A stretch of 41,452 nucleotides of DNA from a virus: the IMG/VR virus record IMGVR_UViG_3300032144_000028, positions 1-41,452 of that record. One strand, given 5' to 3'. The position numbers were made by a program, and so were the translations under genes. The notes under the pieces were generated by a model. That model worked only from the letters and a program-made list of their open reading frames with translations. It was not told where the DNA came from and did no database searches. Shown here piece after piece: positions 1 through 7,393 of the stretch; the first letter of the stretch is position 1; the number at the start of each line of letters is the position of its first letter.

Positions 1-127
1 GGGCGAGGCCTCGGCCACGCCGGACCTCGACGTCCCCGCGCTGCTCGAGCTGCGCGACGCGACGATCACCGCGGAGCTGGCGAACGGGAAGGTCGCCGTG
101 CTCCGCGACGCCTGGCAGGCCCAGGAG
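1..127. repeat. Terminal overlap, left copy (identical to 41326..41452)
   Basis: Read base by base: 1-127 (gggcgaggcctcggccacgccggacctcgacg...ctggcaggcccaggag) equals 41326-41452 exactly. 127 nt is a typical assembler k-mer length, so this marks a circularly closed contig of 41,325 unique bp. Confidence 0.9.
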
Positions 128-196
128 GGCACGCTGGGCACGGAGGAGGGGAACCTGCCCCTCCGCTTCGAGGGGCTCTCCCTCGAGTACACCTGA
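1..196 (+). CDS. Tail tube protein (Mu/FluMu gp40-type), C-terminal part; same gene as 41162..41452 across the circular junction
   Basis: Codons phased from base 2 run to TGA 194-196 (...GEASATPDLDVPALLELRDATITAELANGKVAVLRDAWQAQEGTLGTEEGNLPLRFEGLSLEYT*). This phase is continuous with the ORF starting ATG 41162 once the 127-nt overlap is merged. The gene lies between sheath and chaperone. Confidence 0.8.
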   Translation, partial: GEASATPDLDVPALLELRDATITAELANGKVAVLRDAWQAQEGTLGTEEGNLPLRFEGLSLEYT

Positions 197-240
197 CCGC
201 CTGACCGACGACGAGGGCCCCGCGCGGGGTCCAGGACGCC

Positions 241-963
241 ATGAACCAGCCGATCCCCGACGGGGTCCTGATCGACCCCTCGCGGCGCCTCCACGGCGCC
301 ACCGTGCCCCTGCGGCGCCCGGTCAAACACGGTGCCGCCATGCTCGAGCGCGTCGTCCTGGAGCCGCTCTCGGCCGCCCACGTGCGCAAGGCCCCCGACG
401 AGTGGGGTGAGACGGGGCCCGTGCTCGAGTTCGCCGGCGAGCTCTCCGGGCTGCCGCCCTCGGTCCTCGACCAGGTCGCCGGGGCGGACCTGGGCGAGCT
501 CGTGCGCGCGACCTTCCACGTGGCCTGGCCGATGCTCGACCTTCCGGTGCAGTGGGAGGCGGTCTGGGCCCGCCGGCGCGAGGCGGCGCTGGCCGGCGCG
601 CCCGGACACCGCCTCCGCGACGGCAAGCCCGAGGTCCTCGCCGAGGACGGCCTCGCCTGGCTCCCGGTCCCCCCGGGCCTGCCGGACGTAGCCGGCGGGC
701 ACGAGCTCGAGCTCGAGGCCCCGATCGCGCTCGAGCGCGACCAGGTCTCCCGGATGCGCTTCGAGGAGCTCACGGGCCGCGTGGCGCGCCGCTGCCCCAT
801 CGACGCCTTCCCGGTCAAGAAGCTGCCCTGGCTCGTCGAGGAGCTCACGGGGACGCCGCGCGCGGTCGTGGACCAGCTGAGGGGGCGCGACCTACACCGC
901 GCGCTCGCGCTCGCCCAGCTTTTCTTCTTGGCTATCCGAGGGACTACCGCGACCTCTGGGTAG
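241..963 (+). CDS. Tail assembly chaperone (P2 gpE / Mu gp41-like), tandem double-domain
   Basis: ATG 241, 240 aa, located between the tube and tape-measure genes. Two internally similar segments: ...LSGLPPSVLDQVAGADLGELVRATFHV... and ...LTGTPRAVVDQLRGRDLHRALALAQLF... Confidence 0.7.
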   Translation: MNQPIPDGVLIDPSRRLHGATVPLRRPVKHGAAMLERVVLEPLSAAHVRKAPDEWGETGPVLEFAGELSGLPPSVLDQVAGADLGELVRATFHVAWPMLDLPVQWEAVWARRREAALAGAPGHRLRDGKPEVLAEDGLAWLPVPPGLPDVAGGHELELEAPIALERDQVSRMRFEELTGRVARRCPIDAFPVKKLPWLVEELTGTPRAVVDQLRGRDLHRALALAQLFFLAIRGTTATSG

Positions 964-1088
964 CGCTCGCCTGGCGGCTCGGCACCCAGCCCTCGGAGCT
1001 CGATCGACTCCCGGGCTCGGAGCTTCTAGCCTGGTTCGCGGCGCTCGAGCGGCTGGACCAGCACCTCCGGCGCCGCCCCTCGCGGTAG
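919..1088 (+). CDS. Putative -1 frameshift extension of the tail assembly chaperone (gpE+E'/G-T analogue)
   Basis: The -1 frame is open across the frame-1 stop (TAG 961-963) and ends at TAG 1086-1088, 4 nt before the tape-measure GTG 1093. The T-rich run CTTTTCTTCTT (919-929) is the only slippery-looking stretch. Extension reads ...WVALAWRLGTQPSELDRLPGSELLAWFAALERLDQHLRRRPSR*. Confidence 0.45.
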
Positions 1089-1092
1089 ACCC

Positions 1093-2814
1093 GTGGCCCA
1101 GACCTTCCCCCTCTTCGTCCCGCTGACGCTGCTCGACCGCTTCTCGCGGCCGCTGGCGGCCGCAGGAGGCGCGCTCGAGGGCTTCGGCAAGAAGGCCGAG
1201 CGATTCGGGAAGAAGCTGACCGTGGGGCTCACGGTCCCGCTGGCGGCCTTCGGGACCCTGGCCGTGCGCACCGGCCTCGAGTACGAGCAGTCGCTGAACC
1301 GGGTCGAGGCGATCACCGGCGCGACCTCCGAGGAGATGGAAGGCCTCCGCCGTGCGGCGGAGGGGGCGCTCGGGACCAGCGGCATCCCGACCACGGCCCG
1401 GGCCTCGGCCGCCGCCATGGTCGTCCTGGCGCGCTCGGGGATGGCCGTCGGGGAGGTCCACGCGACCCTGCCCAAGGTGATCGACCTGGCCGCGGCCGCC
1501 TACGTCGACGAGGCCCGGGCGGCCGAGCTGACCGCGGACGTCCTCGACGTCTACCGCCTCTCCGCGGACGAGGCCGGCCGGGTGACCGACCTCCTGGCGC
1601 TCGGCGCGAACCGCTCCCAGCAGGAGCTCGAGGGCTTCGCCCAGGGGCTGATCGAGGGCGGCAAGGCGGCCAAGCCCTTCAATCAGGACCTCGAGTCGAC
1701 GGCGGCGATCCTGGACGTGCTGGCCGACGCCGGGTCCCAGGGGGCCGAGGGGGCGGGGCTCTACCGCCTGGCTCTCGCGAAGCTCGCCCGCCCGACCGGC
1801 GAGACCGAGCGCGCTCTGCGCCGGCTGCAGGTGCGCAAGGACGAGCTCTTCCGCGAGGACGGAGGCCTGCGGCAATTCGACGAGGTCCTGGAGACCCTCT
1901 CCGCGCGCGGCGCCACAGCGGGGGACGCCGTCGAGCTCTTCGGGACGCGGGCGGGTCCGGCGCTGGCGGCCCTGCTCGGCCCGGGCGCCGCGCGCGCGCG
2001 GGAGTTCGCCGAGGAGCTACGCGGCGCCGGCGGCTCGGCCGAGCAGTTCGCCGGGATCGCGCGCCAGGGTGCGGCCGGGCCGCTCAAGGACTTCCAGGTC
2101 CTCTGGGAGGCCCTGCTCGTCACGGTCGCCCGTTCCGGTCTCCTGGAGGCCCTCGGCTCGCTCGCGACGAGCGCCGGCGAGGTCCTCGGCGTCGTGGCCC
2201 AGCTGCCGCAGCCGGTCCTGCGCTGGGGCCTCGCGCTCGGCGCCGCGGCCGCCGCCCTCGGCCCGCTCCTCGTGGGCCTGGGCGCGACGCTGCAGGTCGT
2301 GGGGCCGCTGCTCGCCGCCCTGCCGAAGCTCGGTCTGGCGACGGCCGCGTTCCTCTCGACCCCCTTCGGGCTCGCCACGCTGGCCGTGGGGGCCCTGATC
2401 GCCGCCGGCGTCGCGCTCGTCGCGAACTGGGACTCGATCAAGGGGGCCGCCGCGAACGCCTGGGGCGCCGTCCGGGACGCCGTGGGCGGGGCCGTCGACT
2501 GGATCGGGGGCAAGCTCTCGGCCCTGAGCGGGCTCGTCCCGGACTGGCTCCGCGACCTCCTGGGGGGCGACGGGGGGGCGGCCGCGCCGACGGCGAGCCT
2601 GGGCGGCGGGGCGGCGCCCGCCTCGGTCGGCCCGGCGCGCCTCGAGGCGGCCGCGCGCGCCGGCACGGACGCCGGCCGGGCGCGGGTCGGGGGCACGGTG
2701 CGGGTCGAGTTCGAGAACGCCCCGCCCGGCACGCGCGTTTCCTCGCGCCGCGCCGGCGACGTGCCGCTCGACGTCGACGTCGGCTACAACCTCGCGGCCG
2801 GTCTCGCCGGCTAG
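1093..2814 (+). CDS. Tail tape measure protein
   Basis: GTG 1093, 573 aa. Has the conserved tape-measure core (...LEYEQSLNRVEAITGATSEEMEGLRRAAE...) and an Ala/Gly/Leu-rich hydrophobic block (...LGAAAAALGPLLVGLGATLQVVGPLLAALPKLGLATAAFL...). Sits right after the chaperone. Confidence 0.85.
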   Translation: MAQTFPLFVPLTLLDRFSRPLAAAGGALEGFGKKAERFGKKLTVGLTVPLAAFGTLAVRTGLEYEQSLNRVEAITGATSEEMEGLRRAAEGALGTSGIPTTARASAAAMVVLARSGMAVGEVHATLPKVIDLAAAAYVDEARAAELTADVLDVYRLSADEAGRVTDLLALGANRSQQELEGFAQGLIEGGKAAKPFNQDLESTAAILDVLADAGSQGAEGAGLYRLALAKLARPTGETERALRRLQVRKDELFREDGGLRQFDEVLETLSARGATAGDAVELFGTRAGPALAALLGPGAARAREFAEELRGAGGSAEQFAGIARQGAAGPLKDFQVLWEALLVTVARSGLLEALGSLATSAGEVLGVVAQLPQPVLRWGLALGAAAAALGPLLVGLGATLQVVGPLLAALPKLGLATAAFLSTPFGLATLAVGALIAAGVALVANWDSIKGAAANAWGAVRDAVGGAVDWIGGKLSALSGLVPDWLRDLLGGDGGAAAPTASLGGGAAPASVGPARLEAAARAGTDAGRARVGGTVRVEFENAPPGTRVSSRRAGDVPLDVDVGYNLAAGLAG

Positions 2815-2959
2815 TAGGCTCGGGCGCGCCGGCCCGCGGGCTCGGCGCTCGCCGCCGGGCGGGTGGCACGTCGCGTCGCGTCCTCGTCCCCCCGCCCGCT
2901 ACCCACGTGCTGGACACCGCGGTTCGCGTCGGCGCCGGGCTCGCGGCCGGCGCTCCGCC

Positions 2960-4168
2960 ATGCCCACCTGGAAGGAACGCCTGCGGCCCGCCTCGTTTTC
3001 CGGGGTCCTCTTCCACGTCCGCGACTCGGAGAACTCCGGCGGGCGCCGCGCGGCCCTGCACGAGTACCCGCTGCGCGACCTCCCCTTCCTCGAGGAGCTC
3101 GGGCGCGAGGCGCGCCGGGTGCTGGTCGACGGCTACCTCGTCGGCGACGACTACGCGGTCCGGCGCGACCAGCTGATCACGAAGTTCGAGACGGCCTCGC
3201 CGGGCTTCCCGCGCCGCCCGGGCCGGACGCTCGTCCACCCGACCCTCGGGGCGCTCAAGGTCCTCTGCACGTCGTTCCGGTTCCGCGAGACGCTCGACGA
3301 GGGGCGCATGGTCCGCTTCTCGGCGGAGTTCGTGGAGGTAGGGGAGGAGCTCGAGCCGGCGCCCGCGATCGAGCCGGCGGGAGCCGCCGACGCGGCCGCC
3401 GAGGATCTCGGCGCGGCGGGCGCGGCCGAGTTCGCCGGCGGGGTCGAGGTCGACGGCGTCGTCGAGCGCGCGCGCGAGGCGATCGCCGACGTCGTGCACG
3501 AGACCGTCGACCGCCTGCGGCGCCTGGACGTCTTCTCGGGCCCGACCCGGGACGTGACCCGCCTGGAGTCGCTCCTGACGGGCCTCGCGAACGAGGTCTC
3601 GACCCTGGTCTCTGCCCCGGCGGACCTCGCTGCGCGGGTCCTCCAGGCCCTCGACGCGGTGCTCGACGCGGCGAGCTCGCCGGCGGGGGCGCTGGAGGCC
3701 TACCGGGCCCTCTTCGAGTACCCGCCGATCGACGACGCCGGAGAGGGCCAGCAGGGGAGCTTCGCGCGGGAGAACCACCGACTGACGGCCGAGCTCGTGC
3801 GGGTGGCGGCCGTCGGGGGCGCCGTCCGCGCCGCCGCGCGCACCGATCACGAGACCCTCGAGGACGCCCAGGAGGTGCGCGCCGAGCTCGGGGCCGAGCT
3901 CGACCTCCTGGCGGAGGAGGTCGGGGACTCGGTCCTGGTCGAGCTCGAGGACCTGCGCGCGGTCCTCGGGCGCTCGGTCCCGCCGCCGGACGCGGACCTC
4001 CCGCGCCTGCGAACGATCGAGCTGGCCGAGACCCGGCCCGCGCTGGCGGTCGCGCACGAGCTCTATCCGGCCGAGCTCGGCCGCGACGAGGAGGTCGTGC
4101 GCCGGAACTCCGTCCGCCACCCCCTGCGGGTGCCCGGGCGCGTCCCCCTCCTCGTCCTCTCGAGGTGA
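2960..4168 (+). CDS. Mu gpN/gp43-like DNA circularisation (tail/baseplate) protein
   Basis: ATG 2960, 402 aa. N-terminus MPTWKERLRPASFSGVLFHVRDSENSGGRRAALHEYPLRDLPFLEELGR matches the DNA_circ_N-type signature. Follows the tape measure. Confidence 0.8.
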   Translation: MPTWKERLRPASFSGVLFHVRDSENSGGRRAALHEYPLRDLPFLEELGREARRVLVDGYLVGDDYAVRRDQLITKFETASPGFPRRPGRTLVHPTLGALKVLCTSFRFRETLDEGRMVRFSAEFVEVGEELEPAPAIEPAGAADAAAEDLGAAGAAEFAGGVEVDGVVERAREAIADVVHETVDRLRRLDVFSGPTRDVTRLESLLTGLANEVSTLVSAPADLAARVLQALDAVLDAASSPAGALEAYRALFEYPPIDDAGEGQQGSFARENHRLTAELVRVAAVGGAVRAAARTDHETLEDAQEVRAELGAELDLLAEEVGDSVLVELEDLRAVLGRSVPPPDADLPRLRTIELAETRPALAVAHELYPAELGRDEEVVRRNSVRHPLRVPGRVPLLVLSR

Positions 4169-4171
4169 CCC

Positions 4172-5233
4172 GTGGCCGACGTCCGCGGTGACGAGCTCGA
4201 GCTCCTGGTGGGGGGTGCCCGCTACACGGGCTGGGAGCGCCTCGAGGTCGTGCGCTCCCTCGAGGCCGCCTCGGGCGCCTTCGTGGTCGAGGTCGCCGAC
4301 CGGGGCCCCCTGGCCGTCCGAGCGGGCCAGGAGGTGACCGTGCGCCTGGCCGGCGCCGTGGTCGTCCGCGGGCACGTGGACGCCGTGGAGGCCCGCGGGG
4401 ACGCCCGCCGGCGCTCCTTCACGGTCTCCGGACGGGACCGCACCGCCGACCTGGTCGACTGCTCGGAGCTCTCGGAGCCCGGCGAGTGGTTCGACGTCGG
4501 CCTCCTCGAGCTCCTGAACCTGATCGCCGCACCCTTCGAGGTGGAGGTGGAGAGCCGCCTCGAGGAGACCCCCGACCCCTTCGCGCGCTTCGCCCGCCAG
4601 CCCGGGGAGAGCGCCTGGAGCGCTGTCGAACGCGCCTGCCGGCTGCGGGGTGTGCTCGTCCACTCCTCCGGCGACGGGCGCCTCCTGCTCGAGCGCCCCG
4701 GCCGCGGCCTCGCCGGCGTCGCCCTGCGCGAGGGCCGCAACGTCCTCTCCTGGGCCGTCTCCACCGACCTCCGCCAGCGCTTCTCGTCCTACGTCGTGCG
4801 CGCCCAGTCGCCCGGGTCGGACGACTTCTACGCCGACCAGGCGGCCCTGGTGGAGGCCGAGTCGGCCGACCCCGCCGTGGGGCGCTTCCGGCCCTTGCTC
4901 GTCCTCGCCGAGGGGGCGCTGGTCTTCGAGAACGCGCGCGACCGCGCGAACTGGGAGGCCACGGTCCGGGCGGCCCGGAGCGAGCGGACGGTGGTCACGG
5001 TCCAGGGCTGGCGCCAGGCGCCGGACGCACCCCTCTGGGACCTGAACCAGCTGGTGCACGTCGTCCTGCCGGCGCTCGAGCTCGACCAGGTCCTGCTCGT
5101 CCAGGAGCTGCGCTTCGCGCGCGACCTCGAGCAGGGCACCACGACCACGATCGGCCTCACGCGGCGCGACGCCTACGACCCCCAGCCGGAGGTCGACGAG
5201 CGCGACCAGCTCGAGTACGGGGAGGGGGACTGA
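4172..5233 (+). CDS. Mu gpP/gp44-like baseplate hub protein (late control D-like)
   Basis: GTG 4172, 353 aa (...LELLVGGARYTGWERLEVVRSLEAASGAFVVEV...VTVRLAGAVVVRGHVDAVE...). Position between the gp43- and gp45-like genes. Confidence 0.75.
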   Translation: MADVRGDELELLVGGARYTGWERLEVVRSLEAASGAFVVEVADRGPLAVRAGQEVTVRLAGAVVVRGHVDAVEARGDARRRSFTVSGRDRTADLVDCSELSEPGEWFDVGLLELLNLIAAPFEVEVESRLEETPDPFARFARQPGESAWSAVERACRLRGVLVHSSGDGRLLLERPGRGLAGVALREGRNVLSWAVSTDLRQRFSSYVVRAQSPGSDDFYADQAALVEAESADPAVGRFRPLLVLAEGALVFENARDRANWEATVRAARSERTVVTVQGWRQAPDAPLWDLNQLVHVVLPALELDQVLLVQELRFARDLEQGTTTTIGLTRRDAYDPQPEVDERDQLEYGEGD

Positions 5234-5796
5234 TGGACGTCCTCGGCGCCGTGCGGGCACTGGTGGCCCCGGTCCTGACCCGGGTCAAGCTCCTCGCCCA
5301 GCGCGCGGTCGTGCGCGCGAGCGACGACGCCCCGCGCGCGGCGACGCTCTCCCTCGCGGTCCTGGCGCGCGAGCAGCTGGCGCGGGTCGAGCGCTTCGCC
5401 CACTACGGCTTCACGAGCCGGCCCCCGACGGGGTCGGAGGCGATCGTCCTCTGCCTCGGCGGGAACCGCGACCACCCCGTCGTGGTGGCCGACGAGGACC
5501 GGCGCGAGCGCCCCGCCGGGGGTCTCGCCGAGGGCGAGGTCTGCGTCTACGCGGCCGGCGGGGCGCGGGTCTACCTGCGGGCGGACGGCTCGGTCGAGAT
5601 CGTCGCCCCGGGCGGGGTGCTCGTCTCGGGCGACGTCGAGGTGGACGGCGACCTGGGCGTCTCCGGGAACGTGACCGCCGCCGGCGACGTGGCGGACGGC
5701 GTGGGGACCCTGGCGGCCCTGCGCTCGGCCTACAACGTCCACGTGCACTCGGATCCGCAGGGCGGCTCGACCGGGCCGCCGGTCCCCACCGTGTAG
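5233..5796 (+). CDS. Mu gp45-like baseplate spike / assembly protein V
   Basis: ATG 5233 overlaps the upstream TGA (ATGA), 187 aa. Motif ...VERFAHYGFTSRPPTGSEAIVLCLGGNRDHPVVV...VHVHSDPQGGSTGPP. Confidence 0.8.
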   Translation: MDVLGAVRALVAPVLTRVKLLAQRAVVRASDDAPRAATLSLAVLAREQLARVERFAHYGFTSRPPTGSEAIVLCLGGNRDHPVVVADEDRRERPAGGLAEGEVCVYAAGGARVYLRADGSVEIVAPGGVLVSGDVEVDGDLGVSGNVTAAGDVADGVGTLAALRSAYNVHVHSDPQGGSTGPPVPTV

Positions 5797-5807
5797 GATC
5801 CGCGGCC

Positions 5808-6299
5808 GTGATCGACGTCGCCTTGGTGCCGGTCTCCGAGACCCTCGACCTCGTCCTCGAGGCCGGCGACCTCCGTCCCGAGGCGGGCCTGCGCACGGCC
5901 GTCCTGGTCTCGCTCTTCTCCGACGGCCTGGCGGACCCCGACGACGAGACCCCGGACGGGGGGCCGGACCGGCGGGGCTGGTGGGGGGCCGAGGTCCTGG
6001 ACGAGGACCGCGGGGACTTCTTCGGCTCGCGCCTCTGGCTCCTCGAGCGCGCTGCGCTGCGCGACGCGACGCTGGTCGAGGCGGAGTCCCACGTTCGCGA
6101 GGCCCTGGCCTGGCTCCTGCGGGAGGGCATCGCGGAGCGGGTCGACGTGACGGCCACGCGCCTCGACCGCGCGACCCTCTCGCTCGAGGTCCGCCTGGTG
6201 CGCGGGGCCGCGACGGAGCGCGCGGACCTCTGGTCGGCGGAGCTCGCCGAGACGGTCGAGGTCGGGCCGACCCGCTTCCGTCTGGTGGCGGTCCCCTAG
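5808..6299 (+). CDS. Mu gp46-like baseplate wedge protein (GP46 family, gpW-like)
   Basis: GTG 5808, 163 aa. ...LRTAVLVSLFSDGLADPDDETPDGGPDRRGWWGAEVLDEDRGDFFGSRLWLLERA... Confidence 0.75.
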   Translation: MIDVALVPVSETLDLVLEAGDLRPEAGLRTAVLVSLFSDGLADPDDETPDGGPDRRGWWGAEVLDEDRGDFFGSRLWLLERAALRDATLVEAESHVREALAWLLREGIAERVDVTATRLDRATLSLEVRLVRGAATERADLWSAELAETVEVGPTRFRLVAVP

Positions 6300-6318
6300 C
6301 TCCGGCATCCTCTCCGGG

Positions 6319-7383
6319 GTGACGTTCGCGCGGCCCACCCTCCCCGAGCTCGTCCAGCGCTCGGAGACCGAGCTCGCGACCCGGCTCGGCCTCGGCGCCC
6401 TGCTCGAGCGCAGCGTCCTCAAGGTGCTGGCGCGCACCTGGGCGGGCGGCCTGCACGGGGTGTACGGCTACCTCGACTGGGTGGCGCGCCAGGTCGTGCC
6501 GCTCTCGGCCGAGGCCGAGATCCTCGACCGCTGGGCCCAGCTCTTCGGGGTGACGCGCCGCGCCGCCGCCCGCGCCGCCGGCTCGGTCACCTTCACCGGG
6601 ACGAGCGGCGTCGCGGTCCCCCTCGGGACGGTCGTGCAGCGCGCCGACGGCCGGCGCTTCGCGACCACCGCCGGTGGCGTCCTCGCGGCCGGCACCCTGA
6701 CCCTGGCGGCCGAGGCCGAGCTGGCGGGCCTCGCCGGCAACACCGCCGCCGCGACGACGCTCTCCCTCGCGACCCCAATCGCCGGCGTGACCGCCGCCGT
6801 GGTCGCCGCCGGCGGGCTCGTGAACGGACTGGACCCCGAGACGGACCGCGAGCTGCGCGAGCGCCTGCAGGCCTTCGTCTCGGCGCGCCCGCAGGGCGGG
6901 AGCGTCGCCGATTACGAGGCCTGGGCGCGCGAGGTGCCCGGGGTGACGCGCGTCTTCGTGCTCGAGAACGGCATGGGCCTGGGCACCGTGATCGTCCTCT
7001 TCACGACCGACGACGACCCGGCCGGGCCGATCCCCAACATGGCGAAGGTCGACGAGGTCCTGGCCCGCCTGACGGACGAGACCCGCCGGGACTCGCGCCC
7101 CGTCTGCGCCGAGGTCTTCGTCGAGGCCCCGATCCCCCAGCCGGTCTCGGTGACGGTCGAGCTGACCCCGAACACCCTCGCCGTGCAGGAGGCCGTGACC
7201 GAGGCCCTGGCGGGCATGCTGCGCCGCGAGGGCCGCCCCGGCGGCACGATCCGGCGCGAGAAGTTCATCGAGGCGATCGCAACCGCCGCCGGCGAGCAGG
7301 ACCACGACCTGACCGTGCCCGCCGGCGACGTCGTCGTGGGGCCGACCAGCGTCCCCCTCCTCGACGTGGTGACCTTCCTGTAG
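6319..7383 (+). CDS. Baseplate J-like protein (Mu gp47-like)
   Basis: GTG 6319, 354 aa. ...ERSVLKVLARTWAGGLHGVYGYLDWVARQVVPLSAEAEILDRWAQLFGVTRRAAARAAGSVTFTG... Confidence 0.8.
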   Translation: MTFARPTLPELVQRSETELATRLGLGALLERSVLKVLARTWAGGLHGVYGYLDWVARQVVPLSAEAEILDRWAQLFGVTRRAAARAAGSVTFTGTSGVAVPLGTVVQRADGRRFATTAGGVLAAGTLTLAAEAELAGLAGNTAAATTLSLATPIAGVTAAVVAAGGLVNGLDPETDRELRERLQAFVSARPQGGSVADYEAWAREVPGVTRVFVLENGMGLGTVIVLFTTDDDPAGPIPNMAKVDEVLARLTDETRRDSRPVCAEVFVEAPIPQPVSVTVELTPNTLAVQEAVTEALAGMLRREGRPGGTIRREKFIEAIATAAGEQDHDLTVPAGDVVVGPTSVPLLDVVTFL

Positions 7384-7393
7384 GCGCCCCGCC

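Noticed and set aside
1-127. The 127-bp end repeat as a biological direct terminal repeat
   Set aside because: The length equals a common assembler k-mer, and the repeat falls in the middle of the tail tube gene. The terminase is of the lambda gpA/Nu1 (cos) type, which does not generate such terminal repeats. It is interpreted as a circularisation overlap.
214-233. Palindrome CCCCGCGCGGGG after the tube gene, and similar GC palindromes after the tape-measure gene (about 2830-2850), as terminators
   Set aside because: Short GC palindromes of this kind are frequent in this composition. The stems are only 4-6 bp with minimal loops and no U-tract.
2438-5260. 940-aa minus-strand ORF, and similar giants at 5173..7494, 14602..16143, 24519..27257, 27663..29939, 35798..38020 and 37731..40901 (minus)
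   Set aside because: Their translations are dominated by Arg/Gly/Pro/Ala/Asp runs. They lie antisense to genes with clear family signatures (baseplate, capsid, sheath). Stop codons are rare in all frames of DNA this GC-rich, so these are treated as artefacts.
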